Of a stretch of DNA of 64,000 nucleotides, positions 13,890 through 27,095 are shown one piece after another. The stretch covers positions 63,426,001 to 63,490,000 of the forward strand of contig NC_043004.1 of assembly GCF_006345805.1 (NCBI RefSeq). The letters are read 5' to 3'. The DNA is from Octopus sinensis. Its lineage: Eukaryota. Under the pieces are notes generated by a model that saw nothing but the letters and a program-made list of their open reading frames with translations, made no database searches and was not told the origin of the DNA. A program made the position numbers and the translations under genes. Positions within the stretch are counted from its first letter, which is position 1. Each line of letters opens with the position of its first letter.

Positions 13890-14099
13890 GTAAGTTCTTC
13901 GCTATCGATATATTTCTATCTTCACTCTTGTTTATACATCGTATTTTTTCACATAATATTTCGTTTGACAATACTTATTGCTGATAGAAATCATATTTGT
14001 GATACTGTGCACATATTTCTCTCTCTCTCCCCCCTCTCTCTCTCTCTCTCTGGTTGCTCTCTGAGCAAAGAAGTTTTGTAAATATTGTCTAGTCTTCTC

Positions 14100-14262
14100 T
14101 ATTGACGGTCTAGATGGGTCCATAGTAACCACCAATGCATCATGCCTATACAAACCTCCCTTGGTATTACGGAAATACATGAGGAGTCGCTGGCTGAGGT
14201 ATGGTCCGACCAGATCCGTAACCTGAGCAGAGTAAGAGGGGCCCATAGTTATATCAAACAAA
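14100..14262 (-). mobile_element. Penelope-like RT fragment
   Basis: Seen: ITMGPSYSAQVTDLVGPYL...GGLYRHDAL resembles the Penelope MG..dgAev.eLvG / GLYRDDGL motifs. Confidence 0.65.
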
Positions 14263-14269
14263 TTGTTGC

Positions 14270-14329
<60 letters not shown>

Positions 14330-14340
14330 TATTATTATTG
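14270..14340. repeat. (ATT)n microsatellite
   Basis: Seen directly. Confidence 0.97.
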
Positions 14341-14796
14341 AAAGTGTATCGGCACCAAAGCTTATCATCGTAGGAAATTGGTACTTTCCTAGCAGTTAGA
14401 ATTACGTCTATTTCTTAGAGGGTCAGGTTAGAAAAGTTTTTAGCTAGAACGAGAGCTTCGTTAAGGAGATAGGGGATACAGAAGTGTAGTAATTGTTGAT
14501 AAGGAAGAGTAGGAATGAGGATGTTTTTGTATATTCAGGGAGGTGAAACTAGGTTATAAACTCACCTGTTCAAGAAAATGACGTAGATCAATTGGATACC
14601 TTGCTTAATCACGTCCAAATATACGGCACGGAACTCGCCACGGATAGGCTTGCACCGTGGGGCTAGTGCATCGAAGAAGAATACGACCATTGTAGACTGA
14701 CAGGTAGGGACGCAGAGTATATGTGCGTACTATCGCATGCATCGGATGGCTATGAGGTGGACGGTTGCGGACTGATATTCTCGATATAGATTGAGA

Positions 14797-14797
<1 letters not shown>

Positions 14798-14857
<60 letters not shown>

Positions 14858-14885
14858 GATACACTCACACAAACATTCACACACA
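14798..14885. repeat. (CA)n microsatellite
   Basis: Seen directly. Confidence 0.95.
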
Positions 14886-15139
14886 TAGTACTCACACACT
14901 CACTCACATGAGCACGCAAACAGATACACACGTGCACACTCACCCACGCACACACGAGTACACTCAAATACAAGGATTTCGTTTTATTGCAATGATATTC
15001 AATGCTTCATTGGAGAAGTTGGTATATTTATATATGTGCCAAGAGAATGGTGACTATTCAAAGAGTTCCATATGACGCATAAAATAGATGTTTCTACATA
15101 ATAGCAATTATGATGGATGAATGAGAAATAGTCCCTCTG

Positions 15140-15815
15140 CTAAGTGATTGAGTATCACAACACAAACGTCCTGGTTTTACAAACGATATCATACTACGGT
15201 GACTAAGTTCTAAACTCTATGAATTTTCGGATCGTTGATTTGTTTCCTGAAATTGCTGAGTAGATGTAACAAGAATACCTGCTTTATTAGCCTCTGGCAT
15301 AGTAAATCTAGTATGGAAACTGATTGATAGACAATGGCATCTGAGAGAAAACATGAGAGGTTGGATGAAATTGATAAGATTATTTAACGTCCAGTGGACA
15401 TTTAAAGTCATGTTCAAAATGCGTTTGTGAAGACTTTGAGTAGAACAGATGGCAGTTATAATTAAATATGCAGGGCATTCTTACTGTTGAACATGAAGAA
15501 GAAGGTATTTTCGACGGGCTTCAATTTCCTGAGACAAATGAACGGTCATCCTTCACACTGGTTGCAAAGATATTACTTGGCAGTTCATAAAGCAGGTAAC
15601 CACTTTGAAATTGTAGAGAACATGCTTTCTTTTCTTTCAACTTCACTCTAATATCAATCAAAATATCAATCTAATATCATCAATCTAAAATCATCAAAAT
15701 GCATTACCTTCAGAACCACTTTGATAATTTGTCACACTTAGTTGTTAACCAGCAATGAACAAAGTGAACGATTATACCTAGATTTAAAACTATGAACACT
15801 GGGATACGAATATGG
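15140..15815 (+). mobile_element. Chapaev-like DNA transposase relic
   Basis: Seen: KII*RPVDI..FVKTL, EGIFDGLQ, KMHYLQNHFD and NEQSERLYLDLKTM are collinear with the KILLPPLHIKLG..FVKAL / EGIFVGPQ / KxHFLHSHLD / SDEQGERFHQD motifs I recall for Chapaev3-type transposases. Confidence 0.65.
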
Positions 15816-16325
15816 TGATGTATACCTGCAACACCATTGAATACGATTATTCTGAGGCAGATCACCAGAGAACTTCACTCAATCGCCGCTTTCGTGAGAC
15901 GCCTGAGTATCTAGGCTTGGGTCACTTTTCTTTGATTAATGGGTGTAATTTATTTAGAAATATATAACTGCTACCTGAACATGTTGGATAAACAAAAAAA
16001 GTAACAGTAAATAATTGAAGGCATCAATCCTTGCATGCTTTTGGTTGCTGCATACAACGAAAAGATCTTGACAATCGGAGCAGATAACAGAAAACTGGGA
16101 AAACTAATGGAATATGAAAAATCAACCATAGATATTGACATGAAAGTAGATCTAATATGCTAGGCTCCAAATCCCGTGTTATCTAGTGGTATCATATCTT
16201 CAGTAATCATATACAGCATATATGCTTTTACTCGTGATTCGATTCCCCACCAATTGATCCAAAGAGAGAAACATACATACTTTTACACACACGCCTAGAG
16301 CACGAACCTACCCAAATACACGGAG

Positions 16326-16326
16326 A

Positions 16327-16398
<72 letters not shown>
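16326..16398. repeat. (TCTA)n microsatellite
   Basis: Seen directly. Confidence 0.97.
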
Positions 16399-16399
<1 letters not shown>

Positions 16400-17019
16400 G
16401 TGCATATACACACATATATATGGGTATTTATATTGACAAATGTAGGGGCCTGTATGTGTGTATAAGTGGTGTCTAAATATGCATACGCACATCCATATAT
16501 GGGTGTATGATTTTTTTGCGCTCGCGTGTTTGTGTGTGTGTGTTTGGGTTTGTGTCTGCAGTTGAACAATTTGCAAGAGGTATTTCAGGATATATTTTAT
16601 AATTACCTAAAGCAATTCCAATCTAGTGTAGTCTAAATTTACGTTATTAGAAAATATTTGAAAGCTCTCGATAGAATTTCAGGCAACTTGAGAATCGAAG
16701 ACTTGACATGAGTTCTTACTAGCAGTAAAAATCTAAATGTATTCCACTGAGTTTAAATCTGGTAAGTTTTAAGTAAACTAGCCATATGTTTCATAACCAT
16801 AAACAATGTCTGGTGGCCATACTAAAGTTTTCTATGATTTGTGTAAAGCCTTCCACCGCTTCCTACATCCAAAAGAATTTAACAACAACCTCCGATATAA
16901 ATATATACATTTTTTTCTAGTTTTATCTCAGAGGCACCGCCGTTTTGCTACATATTATTACTAAGAACCTCCTCTAATATGTGGCACTTGGTGAAGAATG
17001 GAGTTTGATATAGCTACCC

Positions 17020-17440
17020 CCAATTGCAACTCTTGCCATTAGGTAGGATCATCTGGGACTCTCGACAGGAAGAGGTCCAGCTTTGATTTATAAACCCCTA
17101 TATCTACTTTGTGCAAGTTCCTCAGACTCATTGGGTGACTATTGAAAAGCTGTGATCCCTTGTAACCGAGGCTGTTGCAGTAAATGGTCCTGAAGCGTGG
17201 TGGCTTTGCTGGGATATTTGGCATATGCAGTGTCGTCCCGTCCTGGCATTGGTGTAGCTTTCAATGCCAACATTTGGCCCAAATCCTTCCTGAATCTTTC
17301 AGATATATGTTACTGCATACCTCTCCCGTATTCTCTCCAGGGAGTAGAGTCTTAACTATTTCAACCTTTCCCAGTACCTGAGCTATTGCAAAGAGATGAT
17401 CTTCTTTGTGACTCTTATCTGGATTGCCTCAAGGTCCGCT
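17020..17440 (-). mobile_element. CR1-clade LINE 3' fragment, decayed
   Basis: Seen: NSLGYKGSQLFNSHP...YKSKLDLFLSRVPDDP matches the CR1 ORF2 terminus (SF..rG..LFN.LP...FK.kLD.fL..vPD.P). Confidence 0.75.
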
Positions 17441-17445
17441 GTTAA

Positions 17446-17687
<242 letters not shown>

Positions 17688-18374
17688 TTTATAGGTGTTT
17701 GATTTCACTGATGTTCTAAACGGATACGGTGTGTAACTGCTATAATTAGCCATCTGTTAGGTTCCAAATTCTCAGTTGAGGAGTGGGATCCGCAGAAGAC
17801 TTCCGAATTAGCAGGTGTATATTTGAAGAAAAACAACAACAAAACCAATGCATTGAGTGTATTTCAGATCAGAGTATCCAGTTATATTCAGGCGAATTAG
17901 AAGTAATTAATGTCTTACAACTGTTTCTGGGATATTTTAGATGGGTCAGCATCTCCATACACTGGGTTTCCCATCATCAGAGACAAGGTGTTCATATTGG
18001 AAAATTCCAGACACAGAATTCGTAGAGTATAAAAGAATAAAATAGTAGACAGAAGGATAGGGAATAAAATAGAAGACAAGAGGATAAAGTTCACAGCTCA
18101 TCTTCTTTCAGAGAATATGGATTTTGGCCTGTACTTCAGCGGAGATATAAGTCCTCAAGTATAATCCCAGGTAAATCCAGACATGATAGTGGATATAGAA
18201 GCGTAGTAATTCTTGATATCAATTTATAGGAAAGCGGAGGAGTTTCTATTTTCACTGAAGTGAAACTAGCCTATAACATCACCTGTTCAAAGCTAAAAGT
18301 TAACGTCTATTTTTTCCCTAACTATATCTATTATATTAATTATTTACATACCTGAGATAAAACTAGAAAAAAAT

Positions 18375-18562
<188 letters not shown>

Positions 18563-18894
18563 TAATGGTGAAATAACTTAAAGACAAAGCACAAAAATAC
18601 TTTTGTTGCTACTGTATCAGACGGAAGAAAAAAAAAATGAATGAAAGAAGCAAACAAACAACGATAGAAAGAAAGAAAGAAAAAGAGAAGGAAAGAGAGT
18701 AGGATCAGGATTATTGATTAATGTTAGTACGCTGTTATGTATGCTACATGGAGAGAAATTTGGTTTTCTTGAGTGTCAAGCTTCGATCCCTTCATTTTCT
18801 CACTAAAGCCTTACATTTGCATCACAAATATATTGAAATATTTCCATCCCTTTCTAACTACATGCAATATTTTAACTATATGTCTTATTTGCAG

Positions 18895-19004
18895 GAAAGC
18901 GCGAAAAATTTGTATTATTGGAACCGTGGTAATGGGCGGAATAATTTTATTGAGCGGAATAGTGGTGTTGGGCGTAAAATTACGTAATGCTAATCAAAGA
19001 CAAG
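18895..19004 (+). CDS. M13 exon: signal-anchor transmembrane helix (KARKICIIGTVVMGGIILLSGIVVLGVKLRNANQRQ)
   Basis: Seen: ttatttgcAG acceptor, GTAAAG donor, and a basic patch followed by about 21 hydrophobic residues (type II anchor). Phase 2 to 1. Confidence 0.75.
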
Positions 19005-19787
19005 GTAAAGTATCCTCCTCCGTAATACGAACACCAACACATCACATTTATCGCATAAGAGCCTGCACCACCCCCACGTGTACCACACATAACATCATCA
19101 TCATTTTCGCCATTCTTCTTCTCTATCTAGTTACCATCGTCCTTATAATCATCATCACTTCAATTATTTCTCTCTAGCTTTAAGTGGAAGCCAAATTTTA
19201 TTCAAGTTACATATGTTATTAGAAAAAATACTTCCTATAAATTGAATCTTATGAAGAAAAATCAGTCGGTCAAACCTGGAATATATTTCTTCATAGTCTA
19301 TCTCGATCAAAGCTCATCTTGGAATGGAATAACAAGAGAAAATATCTATAACTGAAACAAAGCAAACACGTATCTATCATACATAATCTACAACCACCAA
19401 GAAATAGGAGTCAAACTTCCTTGAAACGGCAGCTTATTCGTATGAAAATAAAGAACAGTAGTGTATAATGTTGTCCTAAATGCACTAATTGTAGAAGGAT
19501 GGCATCATCAAGGTTACAATGTGCATTTAATTAGCTATAGATATTGATACCCTCCACGTTATTGGTGTTACTTATCAGTGATGTAAATTCGCTAAACGTC
19601 TTTTTCTTTCATCCAATCTCTCAGACCATCAGGAATTTAAATCTTCTTCACTAGAAAGTTATGAGAGAATTTTATTATGAGGTTTTTCTTTTTTCTATCT
19701 AGTATTCATCTTGTATTTTGTCATGGCCAAACAAATAATCCATTCTACTATACTACAGACCTGAAATGTTGGGGAAGTGGATTAATG

Positions 19788-19938
19788 AATTACATCGATC
19801 CCAGCGTTTCACTGGTACGTAATTTGAAATACGGAAAGGTTGAAAGGCAAAGTCGACCTCGCCAGAATTTAGAACGTAAAGACGGAGGAAATACCTCTAA
19901 GTAATTTGTCCGGCATGCTAACGATTTTGCCACCTCAC
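19788..19938 (-). mobile_element. tRNA-derived SINE family B, decayed
   Basis: Seen: reverse-complement match to the copies at 27096 and 51009 (GTTAGCA...GAGGTCGACTTTGCCTTTCA...GATGTAAT). Confidence 0.75.
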
Positions 19939-20896
19939 CATCTTCCCTTTCAATCTAATTATCATTTCAAATTTGGTACAAGGCCAGATATTTCGAATGA
20001 GTGGGTAAGCAATTTGTCTGAAGTGCTAACAATTCTACCAGCTTGCCGCCTTAGATGTTGATATATAAAAATGACATTCTATATCCAATACTTTTGCGAG
20101 GGCTTTTGATAGCAATCTAATACTATTATCAACATAGAAGGCATTTCTTCAACATGCTCAACATTTAGGGACCTTATACAATTCTTTCGAAGTGTAAGTA
20201 CTATATACGGACCAAAATGGTTTAATATTCGCATCCATGTCATCTCACGCAAGAAAGAGAAGGAAAAATAATACACTTATTCTCTTTAGAAACAATTTGC
20301 TTAGACTTCAGGAATCATTCTATGTTAAGCTGCATATATTATTTTGCAAGATCATTCGCATTAGTTTTATTGTAAGTCTATCGCTTCAGTGTATTTGCTT
20401 CAATTTAATTAGCATTTTGTTTTCGTTACCTAGTTTATTTACCTTATTCCGATGAATTATCCGCGTACCCTGTGTTATTTTGTTACAATGTTACACAATG
20501 CATTTCACTTTCAATTTCATCATTCAAATTTCAAAAGGCTGCATATCGATCATCTACTGCAGTATATTGCTCTTACTATAAATCACTGTAAGTGATTCCA
20601 AAAGAGAATGCTGTGGACACGTAGACTGATTACGATGCAAAATTCATCTTCAAATTACACACCCAAAGCTTAATCACATCAGAATTGCATAAATACTCAA
20701 TATGAGTCTCTCGACGTAAACCACATCTTTCTGCTACGGATTTGATGGGACACTCAAAATACTTATTTGGATTGATTTGTATATTAATCGAAATTGTAAT
20801 TATCAGGAACCAAGAGAATGGCATTTCCTCTCTTTACATAATTCGAAATGTTCTCACTACCATCATTACCACTAAAATCATCAGTAATGAGACCAT

Positions 20897-20940
<44 letters not shown>

Positions 20941-21123
20941 AAATATTAGGGAATAAATCCAAATTTACAAGGAAAAATCAGATTTAAGATTGAATCCAAT
21001 TTTATAGTAAAATATTATATTATATGAAATTAGAGACAAAACCACTATTATGCAAATCAAACAAAGAAAGACTTAAGCCAATACATAAAATAATTTATAT
21101 AAATTAAAATTTAACATATGAAT

Positions 21124-21175
21124 AACCACTACGATCGTTTCGTGTCAGCACATCTTAGACATTCTTCAGGTGGTT
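21124..21175 (-). ncRNA. Minimal type I hammerhead ribozyme motif (Penelope pLTR)
   Basis: Seen on the minus strand: AACCAC CTGAAGA a-TGTC..GACA-c GAA A CGATCG T A GTGGTT. Helix I has 6 bp, helix III is palindromic, and the base of helix II is an A.C mismatch. Confidence 0.72.
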
Positions 21176-21881
21176 TCAAAACCATACTCAATATTCAATA
21201 AACCGTTAAATATTAATATTCAATAATAAGAAATTTATTAATACATAAAAAACCATCTATATTCTAACTATAATAAAAACATATCTAAATAACTAAAATA
21301 AAATATTATAATAAGTACTCCATAACATTTAGTATATTTAAAATACTAGAACAAAGCCCATATAGGGAGGTATTAAATGTTAATAAATAATTATTATCTA
21401 TCAATAAACTTATTATATAAGTAAAGTAACTTGTGTCTGCATTTTATTTTGCGCTCTTCACCTGTATTCAGTAAATTATCATACTTATAAAATAAAATTT
21501 CCTTAAACTCATTAGAGCACAAATAACAAAACACAACCATATCATAAAATTAATGAGAACCTTAGATATATAAATGTTAATAGTAATCACCCACATGCAA
21601 TTAAAAATTCGTTGATTAATAATTTAAGTAAACGTATTTCATTACTTTCTTATGATACCGAGATTTTTAATAAACATGCTCCTTATTATAATGAGGCCTT
21701 TAGAGAGGCAGGTTATAATAGTAATATTAAATTTTATAATAAAATTAATGATAAAGATATAAATAATAATTTTAGAGATAATTATATTAATAATAATTAT
21801 AATTTTGTTAGTATTAGTGGTAAAAATATTAGCAATTATAAAAATAAAAATAATAAAAATAAAGATAAGAATAAAAATAAA

Positions 21882-21889
<8 letters not shown>

Positions 21890-21948
<59 letters not shown>

Positions 21949-21950
21949 TA
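21890..21950. repeat. (AAT)n expansion inside the Penelope linker ORF
   Basis: Seen directly; encodes poly-Asn in ORF 21612-22148. Confidence 0.9.
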
Positions 21951-22867
21951 AATATAATTAATAACATTAATAATTCTTTAAATGTTGTACATAGATTTAA
22001 ATCTGATAATAGTAATAATTTTAATATGATAAAGAAATATAATTACAACAATAATAATGACAGTTATAATAATAAGAAGGTAAATAAGAATAAAATTTGG
22101 TTAATAGTTCCTTATGGTGCTCAAGTTAAAACGAATATTATTAAATAAATTTTAGATATTATTGAACTATTTATTCGAGATAATCGTAAATATAAAAACA
22201 TTTTCTCTAGTAATAATTTTGGAGTAGGTTATTCCACCACTAATAATGTATGTAACATTATTTCTTCATTTAACAAATTTAAACTTGATAATTTTTATAA
22301 AAATAAATTATTTAATAATACTAATAAAGATAAGACACTTATTAACTGTACATGTAGAGATAAATCTAAATGTAATTTAAATAATAAATGTAATATTAAT
22401 GATGTAGTGTATAAATGTATAGTTACATTAGGTGATAAGAATTCTAAGAATAATAATAACTTTAAAGCGATATATATAGGATCTACTTCCTCTAAAATAA
22501 AATTAAGAATCGCACAACATTTGAATTCTTTTAAAAATAAAAACTTAATCAACTCCACTGGACTTAGCAAGTACATTTGGAGACTTAAATCCTAAAATAT
22601 TAATTATAATTTATCTTGGGAAATAATTTGTAAAACTAAATCATATACTATAGGAGCGAATTTTTGTTAATTGTGCTCTAATAAGTTTAAGGAAATTTTA
22701 TTTTATAAGTATGATAATTTACTGAATACAGGTGAAGAGCGCAAAATAAAATGCAGACACAAGTTACTTTACTTATATAATAAGTTTCTTGATTGATAAT
22801 AATTAATTATTAACATTAAATAGCTCCCTATATGGGCTTTGTTCTAGTATTTTAAATATACTAAAGG

Positions 22868-23277
22868 TTATTATTCTTTTACTCTTTTACTTGTTTCAGT
22901 CATTTGACTGTGGCCATGCTGGAGCACCGCCTTTAGTCGAGCAAATCAACCCCGGGACTTATTCTTTCTAAGCCCAGTACTTATTCTATCGGTCTCTTTT
23001 GCCGAACTGCTAAGTGACGGGGACGTAAACACACCAGCATCGGTTGTCAAGCAATGCTAGGGGGACAAACACAGATACACAAACACACACACACATATAT
23101 ATATACATATATACGACGGGCTTCTTTCAGTTTCCGTCTACCAAATCCACTCACAAGGCTTTGGTCAGCCCGAGGCTATAGTAGAAGGCACTTGCCCAAG
23201 GTGCCATGTAGTGGGACTGAACCCGGGACCATGTGGTTGGTATGCAAGCTACTTACCACACAGCCACTCCTACGACT
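22868..23277 (-). mobile_element. tRNA-derived SINE family A (full length)
   Basis: Seen: head GTAGGAGTGGCTGTGTGGTAAG (A box) ... GGTTCAGTCCC (B box), CCTTGGGCAAGTG core-like motif, tail GACTGAAACAAGTAAAAGAGT. Second copy at 63603. Confidence 0.9.
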
Positions 23278-23434
23278 GGAGTAATTATGGAGTACTTATT
23301 ATAATAATTTATTTTAGTTATTTAGATATGTTTTTATTATAGTTAGAATATAGATGGTTTTTTATGTATTAATAAATTTCTTATTATTGAATATTAATAT
23401 TTAACGGTTTATTGAATATTGAGTATGGTTTTGA

Positions 23435-23486
23435 AACCACCTAAAGAATGTCTAAGATGTGCTGACACGAAACGATCGTAGTGGTT
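23435..23486 (+). ncRNA. Mutated copy of the 21124 hammerhead (core CTAAAGA)
   Basis: Seen: AACCAC CTAAAGA atgtc..gacac GAAA CGATCG TA GTGGTT. The conserved G5 is replaced by A, so it is predicted inactive. Confidence 0.65.
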
Positions 23487-23803
23487 ATTCATATGTTAAA
23501 TTTTAATTTATATAAATTATTTTATGTATTGGCTTAAGCCTTTCTTTGTTTGATTTGCAGCATAGTGGGTGGTTTTGTCTCTAATTTGATAATACATATA
23601 TATATATATATATATATATATCTGTGAGATTGTATTGTGCAATGCTGTGCACGCAACCAAAATCAGATCTGCTCGCAGAGAAAAAGTATTTTATAAATTC
23701 ATCCTTCCCTAAGACATACCACTGCCAGCGGGAGTGACTGTTTAAGGATCTGAGAAATTGTAATTCCCCCCACCTCCACTATTTTAATTCTCTCACTGTA
23801 TAT

Positions 23804-23907
<104 letters not shown>

Positions 23908-24304
23908 CGGGAAGCTTTATGAAAATAAACAAAAAACGACGGCAGGTGGAGTACAAACAAACAATTGTATTAGTATGGCGCTCAGGAATATAAATAAAAC
24001 AATTCTTTTACATTTTGAGCCTACGCTCTTCAACAGAAAGATACACAGAAAAGAAACACGGAGAGAAACAAGGAGAGAAAAAAATGCGTGCAGAAGCTAG
24101 CGAATCAACATGGCGATCTGATTCCGGCAAGAAGTCAGAGATCAAATGTGAGACGCAAGAGCGAAAATAGGGGAGATAACAGGGTTAAATGACTTCGCTC
24201 CAACATAAGGGTGCGTGTGTGTGAGAGAGACTATGTAGTGCGTATGAAAGGTCTGGACGTGTGTATGTATATACGATATGATGTGTATGTCGTATGGTGT
24301 AGTG

Positions 24305-24632
24305 TAGAGAGAGGAGATGAGGGGGAGAGGGGAGGGTAGGAGGTGATGAGGGGGAGATGAGGGTGATAGGGGAGGAGAGATGAGGGGGATGGGTGATGGG
24401 AGGAGATATGAGGGGGGAAGAGGGAAAGAGCGGGGAGAAGGAGAGAGGAGGGAGGAGGGAGGAGAGGAAAGGTGAGAGTGAGGAGGGTGAAATGAGGGGG
24501 GTGGGGAGAGGGGGGAGAAGGAAAGAAGGTGGGGGTGAGGGTGAGATGAGATGAGATGAGGGGAAGGGGGAGAAGTGGGGAGAAGGACAGGGAAGAGGAG
24601 GGAGGAGGGAGGAGGAGGGAGAGAGAGGGGAG
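24305..24632. repeat. Polypurine G/A low-complexity tract
   Basis: Seen directly: about 330 nt almost entirely G/A on the + strand. Confidence 0.9.
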
Positions 24633-24649
24633 GTCACGGACTCCAACAG

Positions 24650-24905
24650 AGTAGAATGATAGACAATTCGTTCAAGGCAAATTATGCACAACGCCTTGCG
24701 CCATTCAGAGACAAAAACAAAATACATGCAGCATCGGAATCAAATATGATATGGACATTAAAATAAGGTGGAATGAGCAACCACCAGAAAGAATGGAAAA
24801 TTATTGGTCTCAGTGAAGGTGCATGAAACCATTTATCTACATGGTTATATAGGAAGAGATATCAAAGGTGAGCTCTGTATTACTGAGGCATTAAACATTA
24901 TACAA
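24650..24905 (+). mobile_element. Penelope GIY-YIG C-terminal relic
   Basis: Seen: PFRDKNKIHAASESNMIWTLK...EWKII resembles the sF....n.t.LS..iW.lK...W.ii end of Penelope endonucleases, as at 22520-22630. Confidence 0.5.
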
Positions 24906-27095
24906 ACAACAGATAACAGCTTATACAATAGAGATGAAATATTTTCTTCCTGCATACACAAGCAATATTTTACACTCATATATTTCAAAGAAGAGCCTCT
25001 CTAAACGAGGGTAATACTAATAGGATAGCCCCTTTCCTAAACGTGAACACACATAGCACACAGACGCCATACAAATACAAGTAGAAGAACACCATGCCCT
25101 AAGCAAAAACAATGCAAAACAATTCAAACAACTTAACCAAAAAAATTTACCCATAAGAAAAATTCCAAGTGCGACAAACATCCAAAAGCTTCTATACTAG
25201 AGTAATGTCCCTTGATTCATGGAATCTTTGTTTTATTTACGCGAATTTACGAGACATCCCGTGAACGAAGCGAAGACTTTTCTCGTTAAATTGTTAAGAA
25301 ACTAGGATATTTTCATACTTTTTTAAATATGAAACCAGTGGTAGCCCGAAGTCACAAATACGGACACACGCACGCACACACAGACGCACACACACTTATA
25401 TATATACACACGCACATACACATACACACACACATATATATATATACATATATACACGCCCAAACAGACATATATATACACACATTCATATACGAATATA
25501 CGTACTTGCCTCTTTATCTCCCTCTATATATATTCATATTGTGTGTGTAAGTATGTGTGTGTGTGTGTGAGTGTGTGTGTGTATGTAAGTGCGCGCGCGT
25601 GTGTGTGTGTTGGTTGTTTAAATGAATTCATCCAACTAATTTAGCAACAGAAATGAGGACATTATAAATAATACTATTTAGTGGTAATCCACTTTGTTTA
25701 ATCACAGCAACTCATTTTTTGATAAATGTTTCCCATGTTTTTCAAGTATATTTTTCAAAGATTAAGTAAAATTCTCAGTAAATCATGTATTTGCTTCCAT
25801 TGTTTGGATATTCACTTGAACATCTGTAGAAACAAGTAATATTGAATCAAATGATGAGCTACACTTTTTCAATATCTTTCTGACCACTTCATTCGTCTGT
25901 GAAATTCAATAACGAAACCACTCATAATAAGTTACCATTCTTAGATGATCACTGACAACTATACAACTCCACATTAACAACGGCAATATATTACAAACAA
26001 TAGACAGCAATATTTCAGCTTTTACTGTTTGTATCCTTTACACATCAGAGGGAACATTCCGTGTTGTATGGTAAGACTTATTTGTGCAATAGTAACTGAC
26101 CAGCAATTATGTCAAATTTGACTGAATGAAGATAAACATTTCTTAACAAAATTGACTTAATAAATTTCTTAAGAAATTGACTTAATAAATAATAAATAAT
26201 GAAAATTGTAAATAAGAAAAAACTGGATGAAAACGCTTTGGAAAAACATACAGAAAATAAAGCTCCATTTATCAATACACATAATATAGGAGTGAGCATT
26301 ATTTTCGAAATTTTAAACAAAATGAAAACTACAAGTACTTTTACAGAGCCAAATAGATTGAATCTAGTTGATGAAAGTCTTGTACGGAACAGCAAACGTC
26401 AACCAAGTTATCTGTTAAAGGTATGCCAAAGGTAAATTCTTATAAGATAATTCAGAGTTATCCGTGAAAATGTAAAGAATGTATCAACAACTTCAAATAC
26501 CTGGACACTGCCTGACATATAAATTTTAAGATGTGAATTCTCTTTCTAAATAAGAGTTACATGACACAGTGTAATATGCTGCATAATCTCAAGAAGTGAT
26601 ATACGGACGAACCCAAAAATTCACTTTCCTAACGCGCTTGGATACTTACACAACATATCAAACAAACAGAATTACCTAAAAATCTCTAAAAGTTATCTGG
26701 AAATATGCAGAAACAGTAAGTTAATTAGCTTTCCTTTCTAGAAGTGCCCAAGGGTTGATCCAGAATGGCGGTAGGCAATACAGCAACCTTTTATTAAGAA
26801 ATACTTTCACCTAAAACGAATGTGAAAAAAATATATATAAGACTGCTAGAAATACTCATTAAAAATAAAATAGTTACTCTGATAATCAACATAGTTTACA
26901 GTTGGATAATATTTTTGATAATGTTCTCATTACTGTTACTAAAATATATGGAAAAATTCACTTGCATCCGCATCTTGCATACAATAATTTCTACAAAAAT
27001 TAAACGTGTAAAGATATATTTATAGGAAAAAGAATTTTATATAAAAAATTACTTTCCCAACCAAACCAATACAGCTTATTATGTTAATATTATTA

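Larger units (their letters stand above)
21030..23586 (+). mobile_element. Penelope-like element: linker + GIY-YIG endonuclease, flanked by inverted pseudo-LTR arms, with a SINE inserted in the right arm
   Basis: Seen: KRISLLS..F....PYY.EA...GY, WLIVPY..VKTNI, CTCRDKSKC..NKC..DVVYKCIV..YIGST..LSKYIWRLK. Arms are 21030-21509 versus 22684-22866 plus 23284-23586 (inverted). Confidence 0.85.

Noticed and set aside
17945-17985. CTGATGA followed by a TGGG/CCCA stem on the minus strand
   Set aside because: No GAAA, helix III or helix I partner follows, so it is not a hammerhead.
20742-20830. Hydrophobic ORF (KYLFGLICILIEIVII) as a second transmembrane exon
   Set aside because: I found no supporting splice pair or homology, and hydrophobic runs are expected by chance in AT-rich DNA.
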